Translations under genes and position numbers: made by a program
Shown here: positions 1 through 10,826 of the stretch, in pieces
How positions within the stretch are numbered: position 1 is the stretch's first letter
How the letters are laid out: every line of letters begins with the position of its first letter
Notes under the pieces: generated by a model
The model's database searches: none
The model's input: only the letters and a program-made list of their open reading frames with translations
What the model was told of the DNA's origin: nothing
Source of the DNA: Anthoceros angustus
Lineage: Eukaryota; Plantae; Anthocerotophyta
Direction: 5' to 3'
Assembly (NCBI GenBank): GCA_010909165.1
Contig: MU008165.1
Location: 62,001-126,000 of the forward strand
DNA: 64,000 nucleotides

Positions 1-3000
1 GCTTCGGCTCCCTCCACCACCACCACTTTTCTGGCTGTTGGGACAGCTGCTCGCCCAGTGCCCAGATTGGTTGCACTTGAAGCATACGTCTTTGTCCCGT
101 CCACCACCCTGACTACTGCTCATAAAGCCTCCGCCTGAGTTGCCAAAACCGCCTCCTCCAGAGCTGCCATAGCCGCCTCCTCCAGAGCTGCCATAGCCTC
201 CTCCTCCAGAGCTGCCATAGCCGCCTCCTCCAGAGTTGCCATAGCCGCCTCCTCCTCCTCCAGAACTGCCGTAGCCTCCCCCAGAGTTGCCATACCCTCC
301 TCCTCCTCCTCCTCCTCCAGAGTTGCCATACCCACCTCCTCCACCTCCAGAGTTGCCGTACCCACCTCCTCCTCCTCCAGCGTTGCCGTACCCACCACCT
401 CCTCCTCCAGAGTTGCCATAACCGCCTCCCGTAGAGTTGCCAAATCCACCTCCCCCGGAGTTGCCAGACTTCCCTTCATTTGGGCAGTCTCGGGCGTAGT
501 GTCCTTCCGCCCCGCACTTGAAGCAACCACTTCTAGAGCTGGACCCATTAGATGTGTTGTTGTCATACGTTTGACCATATGAGCCCCCTCCACCGGAGAA
601 GCTGGCACCTGTTTGCCTACCGGCATCACCGCCATGGGGAGTGAAACCAGCCCCTTGCGAACCAGGTGTCGCGCCTGCCGTGGACAGCACATTGATCGGC
701 TCACCCCTTACTAGCTTGCCAATGAGGTCCACCAGCAGCTGGGACTCCTGGATGTGGTTCACCCGATTACTACTTACCAAAGTGCACTTAACTCGCTGCT
801 CGTCGTTGTAGCTCTCCTCCTTCACCTTCAACTTGAAGAGGTGCTGAGAGAGGTTGACATTGCGCAGTATTTCCCCGAATTTCGCAGAATCGTCCTGTTT
901 CAGCTGGTGCAGTTCCTTAGCAGGAACTCCCATGAGCCCCTCCCCTGCCTCTTGAAAAGCTGTCACCCACGTTGTGCTAGTGTGGTCTTGCAACTGCATT
1001 TGGAGCATGTACTTATAGTCACATTCTTCAACCGTCTGATTGCATTTCTCACACCTCCATGTCCCATCTCCCATGCTGATCACTTTTTTGTTGCATTGTC
1101 TGTCAGCCGACTTCAGAGGGCAAGCAGTGTAGTACAAAGTATCTCCTTTGATGAAAGCGATGGTAGCCCGCACAAGAATCCAATCAGGCTTGTCCGATCT
1201 TCCGAGTCCCTCATCCTTAATCTGGGCAAGAGTTTTACGTAGCTCCGGTCTACTAGAAGTACCTCCTTCCCTGGAGACCGATTGACAAGGCATATTCCTG
1301 CCCTCCCGATCATACCATTCCCTCAACACGTGTGCTTCTGGGAGATCCGGATTGATCAATAGCAAACTGGTTGATATGGTTCCCACAGACTTGCCACTGA
1401 AATCATTCACTCGACCTGCCTTGAAAAGCAATACCGGGCACTGTCCTGAGTCACACAGCTCCTGAAGCTCCTGACCGGGCTTGCTACAAAATTCCCCCCA
1501 CATGGTCACCTCCACACTCTTCCCGGACCTATCCACGAGCTGAAGAGTCCGCTTTTGTGTCTCCTGGCCTGTCTTCCGGATGATTGGACTTGTGGGATTC
1601 ACAACAGTAACTATGCCTATGACATCAACCACAGCGCCAGTTTCCCTTTCTTCGATGCTGCTGACGGGAACAAAATTGTATTGCTGCTGCGGAATCCCAC
1701 CATCGTCAGGAGATGGCTCCAGTACCGACGTATGATCCAGAGTCAACTCCCACTCACTCTTCAAGTGGTTGAACTTTCGATCCGCAGCTTTCAGAGTGCC
1801 CTTGGATAGCATATACACCCGTCCCACTTCGACAATGTCAAAAATCTTATTTGCAACATCGTTGAAAGCAGTGGCCCGTATTTCACCGCCATCCGCATCA
1901 AGCATATCAAAACTGAAAACTGTTCCTGGCCCGTTCGCCTTATTGTACCTCTTCTTCGGCGATTTCCCAGTTACCCTAGCTTTGATTGTCCACCTGCCCT
2001 GATATGGATTCAGCGATCTGATTGGCACAATTCTTGCCGGTGCCTCATTCCTTGCTATGGGCCCTCTGTTCGAGAACATTGGCCCAGGTTGATACGAGGC
2101 CATCCCACTGGACATTTGCCCTTGCCCTGCACCATTCGACATCTGCCCGGGTCCTGAACCACTGAAGCCTCCACCACTACCATAACCTCCTCCTCCTCCT
2201 CCTCCTCCTCTACCATATCCTCCACCAAAGCCAGCATCTTGGCCCCCTCCAAACCCACCCGACGTAACCCCACCCATGCTCCTCGGTCCCTGAAAATCAC
2301 CTGACTGGAATTTATTGGCATCGGTTCCATTAGAGGCAGCATATGCCCCATTCTGCTGAGCTCCCCTAACACCACCGCTTCCAGCCAAACCAGAGTTCGA
2401 GGTTACTCCGCTAATGCCCGTCCCTGACCTCACATCACTGCTAGCCAAATAAGGCTGTTCCGGAGGAGGCCGAGGAGGCATCAGGCCAACAGGAGCCTGG
2501 TTGCCTGGTCCTGGACCTGCACCTACACCAGAGGTTGGCAACTGGATCAGCTCACCAACAATCTCCGCCTCTAAGATCTCCACCTCCATGTTCAGCACAA
2601 TTATAATCCTGCCATCCACAAACAACCTTCAGCAGGTGCAAAACCCTCACACAAACCAGATCAACCAAACCTAACCTGCCACAACAAACCACCGCCAATT
2701 CAACAAACCACCACATCCTACAAAACAGAACAACAATGCCACCGTACTTCTTGTTCTGCACAGTGTTGCAAATGAACTCCCGCAGCCGCACGCATGATCC
2801 CTTCAGGATCAAGCCTTGTCTGATGCGGTCATTAACTGCGTCGCCAGCATTGCCTGCTGCAAGTAAACCCCGTCCGACAGCACCAGCCGAAACCGCTCCT
2901 GCGAGATGGAATTGCTCCCGATAGCCTTGATGTCAATCACCTGCACCAGCGGATGGAAATCCGGTGGATTCCCCACATGGTCACCTCCACACTCTTCCCG

Positions 3001-4496
3001 GACCTATCCACGAGCTGAAGAGTCCGCTTTTGTGTCTCCTGGCCTGTCTTCCGGATGATTGGACTTGTGGGATTCACAACAGTAACTATGCCTATGACAT
3101 CAACCACAGCGCCAGTTTCCCTTTCTTCGATGCTGCTGACGGGAACAAAATTGTATTGCTGCTGCGGAATCCCACCATCGTCAGGAGATGGCTCCAGTAC
3201 CGACGTATGATCCAGAGTCAACTCCCACTCTTCAAGTGGTTGAACTTTCGATCCGCAGCTTTCAGAGTGCCCTTGGATAGCATATACACCGTCCCACTTC
3301 GACAATGTCAAAATCTTATTTGCAACATCGTTGAAAGCAGTGGCCCGTATTTCACCGCCATCCGCATCAAGCATATCAAAACTGAAAACTGTTCCTGGCC
3401 CGTTCGCCTTATTGTACCTCTTCTTCGGCGATTTCCCAGTTACCCTAGCTTTGATTGTCCACCTGCCCTGATATGGATTCAGCGATCTGATTGGCACAAT
3501 TCTTGCCGGTGCCTCATTCCTTGCTATGGGCCCTCTGTTCGAGAACATTGGCCCAGGTTGATACGAGGCCATCCCACTGGACATTTGCCCTTGCCCTGCA
3601 CCATTCGACATCTGCCCGGGTCCTGAACCACTGAAGCCTCCACCACTACCATAACCTCCTCCTCCTCCTCCTCCTCTACCATATCCTCCACCAAAGCCAG
3701 CATCTTGGCCCCTCCAAACCCACCCGACGTAACCCCACCCATGCTCCTCGGTCCCTGAAAATCACCTGACTGGAATTTATTGGCATCGGTTCCATTAGAG
3801 GCAGCATATGCCCCATTCTGCTGAGCTCCCCTAACACCACCGCTTCCAGCCAAACCAGAGTTCGAGGTTACTCCGCTAATGCCCGTCCCTGACCTCACAT
3901 CACTGCTAGCCAAATAAGGCTGTTCCGGAGGAGGCCGAGGAGGCATCAGGCCAACAGGAGCCTGGTTGCCTGGTCCTGGACCTGCACCTACACCAGAGGT
4001 TGGCAACTGGATCGGCTCACCAACAATCTCCGCCTCTAAGATCTCCACCTCCATGTTCAGCACAATTATAATCCTGCCATCCACAAACAACCTTCAGCAG
4101 GTGCAAAAACCCTCACACAAACCAGATCAACCAAACCTAACCCTGCCACAACAAAACCACCGCCAATTCAACAAACCACCACATCCTACAAAACAGAACA
4201 ACAATGCCACCGTACTTCTTGTTCTGCACAGTGTTGCAAATGAACTCCCGCAGCCGCACGCATGATCCCTTCAGGATCAAGCCTTGTCTGATGCGGTCAT
4301 TAAGCTGCGTCGCCAGCATTGCCTGCTGCAAGTAAACCCCGTCCGACAGCACCAGCCGAAACCGCTCCTGCGAGATGGAATTGCTCCCGATAGCCTTGAT
4401 GTCAATCACCTGCACCAGCGGATGGAAATCCGGTGGATTCCCCGCCGGACTGCTCACTTTCGCGATCGCCCCAGGAGTGAGCGCCGGCGCCGCCAT
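1..4496 (-). CDS. RPA1: Replication protein A large subunit (RPA1/RPA70, C/E-like with C-terminal Gly-rich region and CCHC zinc knuckles); 3' end runs off the window; interrupted by a ~1.47-kb internal tandem duplication and small indels
   Basis: ATG at 4496 gives MAAPALTPGAI...LVQVIDIK...RFRLVLSDG...QAMLATQLN (DBD-F). One intron of ~140 bp lies near 4073-4216. Then SLNPYQGRWTIKARVT...VFSFDMLDADGGEIRATAFN (DBD-A), VDVIGIV...KRTLQLVDRSGKSVEVTMWGEF (DBD-B) and YTACP...CNKKV...WRCEKC (DBD-C zinc site). CFKCGAEGHYARDC (~483-525) and CFKCNQSGHWASSC (~43-84) flank GGYGNSGG repeats. Confidence 0.93.
1491..4443. repeat. Tandem duplication inside RPA1, two ~1.47-kb units (1491-2967, 2968-4436)
   Basis: Near-identical copies differ mainly by small indels. 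ATTCCCC is present at 1491, at the junction (2968) and at 4437. Confidence 0.95.
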
Positions 4497-4678
4497 CGCC
4501 GATCTTGCCGCAGCTGGCCGAGGTTCCTCCCTGTGCTGCTCTCCTCGCTGCAGTCCTTCCAGGCGCTCACCGCAGCCGAGCCGCATTCGCCGCGCCCATC
4601 TCCAACAAACCGCTCAGCTAAACATCAAATCAAGCGGGTAATGCTCTACAACTCCACACCATGTACATAGGTACTTTG

Positions 4679-4776
4679 GGCGGGAACATGAAAATTTTCA
4701 CTTTGTCAAAACCCATGAGGAGTGGAAGCGTCTCTAGCACGCTGGAACCTTCTCCAGTGTTTCCCACCGCGGGAAA
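4679..4776 (-). promoter_or_regulatory. E2F-type sites upstream of RPA1 in the divergent RPA1/PPR promoter
   Basis: TTTCCCGC on the minus strand at 4769-4776 and TTCCCGCC at 4679-4686. This is the canonical plant E2F consensus upstream of a replication gene. Confidence 0.6.
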
Positions 4777-5163
4777 ATGAGCAGCCTTTAACCCACATTG
4801 CCAGCGCGGGATTGTCTATGCATCTACTTAGGCCTACCGACACAAATTGTACCAAATTTGTTTGTTGAATTCTTCTAGGAGGAAAGAAATTCACCACCAT
4901 TTCTAGAGCACGTTATCATGGCATGCTCTGGTATGAGTTTGCCAAGGTTTGTTGTCTTCTTCTTGCTTCTCCTCCAGTGTAGGCTCCTTCTGATGCGCAG
5001 TGCGAGTGGTTCACGTACTTCTCTGGTGTCCTTGCCATCGGCAATGAAATACCGTCTGCACTGCGCTTGCTAATGATGGGCACTCGCAGTGCCTGGGCAG
5101 GCATCCTGCCACGGCGTGCGTAGACTGCTGGGCGTCTCATCTTCCGAGAGCCGTGGCTGTAAG

Positions 5164-8100
5164 ATGGCCACAGTATGGCAACCGGATTTGTTGGGGACCC
5201 AACAAATTGGTGGGTGCGCAGGGATTCTACGAGGAGGTTCCAGGTGCAGTGGCATAGGGAACCCAGTACTGCCCACAAAAAATGTGGTTGGGGAAGGATG
5301 TGTGTCCAGCGATGGTCGTCGCCAGGCGCAGGAGCTCTTGTGGCGACAATTTTTTCTGGACCCGACCATGTGGTGGGACAACCGGCGACATAAGACGAGC
5401 TCCCGCTGGCCTGACTTCAGGCGTAAGGGCTCTGGCGAGGTCCTCTGGTTAAACAACATGTTGAAGCCAGCTTGGGTGGATGAGCAGCTGGTTTCTTGGG
5501 ATATGCAGATGGGTCACGGTGCCTCTTCTTCCAACGTGAGCTTGTTATGTCAGCAGGGGAAGGTTAGTGAGGCCTTTGGGGCCCTGGAATCTCTGGCGGA
5601 GGCAGATTGTCCTGTTTCTCAGTCTCTGTTGTGCACTGTGCTAAAAGTGTGTGCGGCTAAAAAGGATTTGGTTGTGGGGCGACGAGTTCATGATCTTTGT
5701 GTGAAACTTGGGTACGAGTCTAATGCGTATTTGGGGAACCTTATCTTGCGCATGTATGCAAGTGGAGGTAAGCTAGAGGAGGCCATGGATGTGTTCACCA
5801 GGGTGGGAAAACCAGATGCCTTCATCTGGGGTTCTATAATCTCCGCCCATGCTAAGCTTGGGAAACCCAAGGAGGCTATACAATTGTACCGTGAGATGCG
5901 TAGCTCAGGTTTGAATGCGGATGCTCATGTCTTTGTAGCTGCTCTTCAAGCTTGTGCACTTGCTGGGGACTTGGAATCTGGCAGAAAAGTGCACTCTGAT
6001 GTGTTGCACATTGGCATTCCTGCTAACTTGTTTGTTGGCACCTGCCTGGTGGACATGTATGCAAAATGTGGTGAATTGAGTGATGCACGCGGGGTTTTTG
6101 ACAGCTTGGCCAGAAAGGATGTGGTGACTTGGACGGCCCTGATTGCTGGGTATGCACAACAAGGTCTCGGCCAAGACGCGCTTGTTCTGCATGGTCAAAT
6201 GGAGCAGGAGGGCCTAATTGTGGCTGACCTTGTTACTCTCAGTTGCCTTCTGAAGGCCTGTGCAAGCACTGGCGCCTTGCAGAAGGGCAGGGAGCTGCAC
6301 TCACTGATTGTAAAAAGAGGATTGCTAGATAACATACTGCTTGGCACCTGCCTGGTGGATATGTATGCCAAATGTGGCGAACTGCAAGACGCACGCCAGG
6401 TTTTTGACAGCTTGGCTGCAAAGGATGTGGTGGCATGGAACGCCCTGCTTGCTGGGTATGCACAGCAAGGGCTCGGCCAAGAGGCGCTTGTTCTGTATGT
6501 ACAAATGGAGCAGGAGGGCGTGCTCGTGGCTGACCATGTCACATTCACTTGCCTTCTGAAGGCCTGTGCAAGTACCCGTGCCTTACAGAAGGGCAGGCAC
6601 CTGCACTCACAGATTGTGGAACGAGGACTGCTAGATAACACACCGCTTGGCACCTGCCTGGTGGACATGTATGCAAAATGTGGCGAACTTCAAGATGCAC
6701 GCCAGGTTTTTGACAGCTTGGCCACCAAGCCTGTGGTGACATGGAATGCCCTTATAGCTGGGTATGCACAACACGGGCTCGGCCAAGATGCGCTGGATCT
6801 TTATGGCCAAATGGAGCAGGAGGGCGTGATTGTGGCTGACCATGTTACATTCGCTTGCCTTCTGAAGGCCTGTGCAAGCACTGGTGCCTTGCAACAAGGC
6901 AGGCAGCTCCACTGGCAGATTGTGGAACGAGGATTGCTGGATCACATACTGCTTGGCACCTGTCTGGTGGACATGTATGCAAAATGTGGTGAACTGCAAG
7001 ATGCGCGTCAGGTCTTTGACAGCTTGGCCACAAAGGATGTGGTGACATGGAATGCTCTGTTTGCTGGGTATGCACAGCAAGGGCTCGGTCAAGACGCTCT
7101 TGTGCTTTATGGACAAATGGAGCAGGAGGACCTGTTTGTGGCTGACCATGTCACTTTTGCCTGCCTTCTGAAGGCCTGTGAAAGTGCTGGTGCCTTACAG
7201 AAGGGCAGGCAGTTGCACTCAGAGATTGTGGAACGAGGACTGCTGGATAACATACTGCTTGGCACCTGCCTGATGGACATGTATGCAAAATGTGGTGAAC
7301 TGCAAGATGCACGCCAGGTTTTGACAGCTTGGCCACCAAGCCTGTGGTGACATGGAATGCCCTTATAGCTGGGTATGCACAACACGGCTCGGCCAAGAGG
7401 CGCTTGTTCTGTATGGACAAATGGAGCAGGAGGGCGTGATTGTGGCTGACCATGTTACATTGCCTTCTGAAGGCCTGTGCAAGCACTGGTGCCTTGCAAC
7501 AAGGCAGGCAGCTCCACTGGCAGATTGTGGAACGAGGATTGCTGGATCACATACTGCTTGGCACCTGTCTGGTGGACATGTATGCAAAATGTGGTGAACT
7601 GCAAGATGCGCGTCAGGTCTTTGACAGCTTGGCCACAAAGGATGTGGTGACATGGAATGCTCTGTTTGCTGGGTATGCACAGCAAGGGCTCGGTCAAGAC
7701 GCTCTTGTGCTTTATGGACAAATGGAGCAGGAGGACCTGTTTGTGGCTGACCATGTCACTTTTGCCTGCCTTCTGAAGGCCTGTGAAAGTGCTGGTGCCT
7801 TACAGAAGGGCAGGCAGTTGCACTCAGAGATTGTGGAACGAGGACTGCTGGATAACATACTGCTTGGCACCTGCCTGATGGACATGTATGCTAATTGTGG
7901 CGAATTGGAAGAGGCGCGCCGAGTGTTTGACAGCTTGGCCACGAAGGATGTGGTGACATGGAATGCCCTGATATCGGGGTGTGGTGCTTGTGATGAAGCT
8001 CACCAGGCACTAGCTTGTTTTGAGGAGATGTTAGTTGCTGGTATTCGGCCTGATGATGTTACTTTTACTTGCCTTTTAGTTGCTTGCAGCCATGAGGGAC

Positions 8101-8864
8101 TAGTGAGCGAGGGTCGCAAGCACTTCAATTCCATGGTTGAACATCATGGCGTGAAACCTACTATTGAGCATTACATTTGCATGATCGATCTTCTTGGGCG
8201 TGCAGGCCATTTAGATGAGGCAGAGAGCATGCTATTATCATGTGAAGACCAAAGAAATGTCGTAGGCTTGAGGTCTTTGCTCAATGCCTGCAAAAGTCAT
8301 GGGGATATAGAGAGAGCCGTTCGGTGTTTTGAAAGCCTTGTTAGCCTGGAGCCTCATCAGGCATCCGCATATGTTCTCATGGCTAATGCCTATGCAGATG
8401 CAGGTATGTGGACCGATGTAGATAGGATTGAAGCACAGAGAATGGCAGCAGGAGCTAAGAAGAAACCTGCAGTGGCGGGGATTGAGGTAAGGCAGCAGGT
8501 TCATACATTTGTGGTTGGAGAAAATAGAGAGGATATTGCGCTCAAGGTAGAGAGCATGAATGCTCGTCTGAAGCAGGAAGGGGGCCACGTACCCCACACA
8601 AAGTTGGTGTTCAAGCCAGTGTCTGAGAAGGACAAGGAAGATGCGCTTTGTGGGCATGCTGAGAAGCTAGCTCTGGCGTATGGTCTGTTGAACACTCCGA
8701 GTGGCACACCTTTGATGGTAACAAAGAATCTACGCATGTGCAGTGACTGCCATAGTTCCACCCAGATCATGTCAAGGGTTGAACAGAGAGACATTGTCGT
8801 AAGGGATGGGTACCGTGTGCATCGGTTCACAGCTGGGTGTTGCAGTTGTAAGGGTCGACCTTGA
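5164..8864 (+). CDS. PLS-class PPR protein with C-terminal DYW:KP (GRP-type) deaminase-like domain, candidate organellar U-to-C RNA editing factor, with N-terminal OSB-like PDF motif; frame broken by indels at ~7320-7465
   Basis: Repeated P-L-S triplets with a 306-bp period (VVTWNALIAGYAQQG / HVTFACLLKACASTG / ILLGTCLVDMYAKCG), then E motifs. The C-terminus reads KKKPAVAGIEV, HAEKLA, KNLRMCSDCH and terminal CSCKGRP*. First in-frame ATG is 5164 (the ORF-track start at 5089 is GTG), so the true start is uncertain. Confidence 0.93.
6721..7945. repeat. Near-identical ~612-bp tandem duplication of two PLS triplets within the PPR gene
   Basis: gccaccaagcctgtggtgacatggaatgcccttatagct occurs at 6721 and 7332. 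The following 'gaggacctgtttgtg' triplet is also repeated. Losses of -1 (~7320), -1 (~7385) and -5 nt (~7460) sit around the junction between the two copies. Confidence 0.9.
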
Positions 8865-10157
8865 GAAAGAAGGTGGTCTGGCCAGTTCTCAGCAGGAAAT
8901 GTTGCATTGGGAGTCGAGGCAAGAATTAGCAGTCGGTTCCAATGGGAAGTGGGCTCGTAAGACAAGGAGAGCTCTGTGCCAAGCATATGATATGAACTTT
9001 TTTCCCCTGAAGCTGCAGTGAAGGAACAGCTGGTCTAGAGTCCCAAGCAGGAGCTGCCATCCCCTGCAGCTGGAGTTGCCCGCGGCTGGATGTGGCACAC
9101 CTCGAAGTCTTTGTCGGGCCTGTGGAATCTGTATTTTCCAAGGACGTGCAAGAAAAGTATCTGCCCTATGAGGCTTGAGCAGGTATCTGTACCAGGGGAC
9201 CTTCTCAGGGAGATCTTGGCGATGCCTTGAGACTGATCACAAGTTTGGTGTAACGAGCTCATGACACTCGAGAACCCAGGCTGAGTATGTACATACAGGC
9301 TGATTGTGGAAGGACTTCCTGGATGCATGCATACAATGCAGGAATTATGACACAACCTCTTGCTTGGCTACCAGCAACTAATCTGAACACAACAATCGAA
9401 AGAAATGAAGCATTTCCTCACTAAAGGCAGCATCCGCACAGAAGCAGATGTAGACACAACTGCCGGTAGAACACACGATGTATGCTTTTGGGGTCTCCTA
9501 GATCAAACTAGATAAGTCAATAGGTGGTAGCCTGCATTTCACAATAAAAAAGAAGAGATCCTCCAAGCCTCTCAAATCCCAAGAGCTCGGGACAACGGCT
9601 GACTTAAGTCGTCCTGGCCGCCCACTAACCCGCCTCCTCCCGCATTTTACGACTATCAGGAAAGAAGGCAAGAACTAGGCTCCATTTCAAGGAGCTGAAG
9701 TCACTTGTAGCACAAAGAACAGATAATGAGATATACAAGAGCAGGTATGACTTCTATCAGGCTTGCTCCAGCCAGATAGAAATGCTAACATAGCCATGTA
9801 AGGTCCATCCAGTATCATATCGGAAAGAAGAAGTAATTGATCTTGAGTACGTAGATGATATATACAATATGAAATTCCTGAAGCCGTCGCTCTAGCAGCT
9901 GGGAGGAAGCAAGGTTTTGCTTCCTGCAAAGCTATCCATCCACCTTCTGCAACAGAGCATGTCTATAGTCCTCAATCAACAAAATTGCCGTGAACAGTTC
10001 GTTCATATTGATACAACAGAACTGCTGCCTCCAAATTCACCTGAAGGATGCTGTAGAGCAAGCCAAATCCAGGTCACAACACGTACACTCCAGATCTCTA
10101 GCCTTCCGGGGTAATTCAAATCACTCATCCGTCCACTCGACGCAGGCGTATGCAGAG

Positions 10158-10826
10158 CTAAAGGCAGATCGGGCACCTCATGAGTCCATTTTCATTACAA
10201 TCTCGGCACCACGTCACCGCACCATCTTTATCAACAACTCTGCAGCTCCCCCTGCACTCGCTGCAAGGCAGAAATCGCGCCCCGCCACAACCTCCGCACG
10301 GCTCGCCGGACTTCCTCTGCGGAAGCCCCCGCATCAGGCCCGCCAGGGCTCCGTTCTCGTGAAGCTGTGTCACCTCCTGCACTCCGCCGATGTAGCACCC
10401 GCGGATGAAGAGGCGGGGCGTGAGAACGGGGCCGGGTTTGCTGCCTCCTATAAGCTCCTTCAGCTCCTGCCGGAACTCGAAGTGCATCGAGACGTCTCGC
10501 TCGTCGATGAGCACCGGAAAGCTCTCCAGAATTGTGCGCACCTGCTGGCAGTCGTCGAACGTCTTCCTGATCCCGCGCAGCGTGGTGGAGTAGAGCACTG
10601 CTCGTCCTTCTCCACCTGGAGGACATTTCCTTTCAAATTTGTCTATGGACAGCATTTCGGATCCTCCTTCCCCGGTTCCTCCTCCTTCTTGTGAATTATT
10701 ACTACAGCTCGCGGTTAACATGGAGTCTGAGTTAGATGGACACACAACGTTCTCTGCCTCCGGGGAAGACTGGTTTCTGCGTAATGTGTGAGCCCCTCTA
10801 ACGAAATCCATGAAACGCCAGACCAT
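10158..10826 (-). CDS. Glutaredoxin-domain protein with C-terminal CxxC zinc-binding motifs (plant GRX-like family)
   Basis: VLYSTTLRGIRKTFDDC...DERDVSMH...PRLFIRGCYIGG...CGGCGGARFLPCSECRGSC...CRDCNENGLMRCPIC; intact single exon. Confidence 0.92.
   Translation of the reverse strand: MVWRFMDFVRGAHTLRRNQSSPEAENVVCPSNSDSMLTASCSNNSQEGGGTGEGGSEMLSIDKFERKCPPGGEGRAVLYSTTLRGIRKTFDDCQQVRTILESFPVLIDERDVSMHFEFRQELKELIGGSKPGPVLTPRLFIRGCYIGGVQEVTQLHENGALAGLMRGLPQRKSGEPCGGCGGARFLPCSECRGSCRVVDKDGAVTWCRDCNENGLMRCPICL

Noticed and set aside
120-704. 194-aa acidic ORF (ATLEEE repeats)
   Set aside because: Wrong-frame reading of the Gly-rich RPA1 tail; the frame with the CCHC knuckles is the coding one.
7320-7465. 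Programmed frameshifting or true pseudogenisation of the PPR and RPA1 genes
   Set aside because: The indels are mostly homopolymer-type and confined to duplicated segments, which fits sequencing or polishing error better.
8865-10150. Short ORFs downstream of the PPR gene
   Set aside because: No recognisable motifs or consistent splice model; probably UTR or intergenic.
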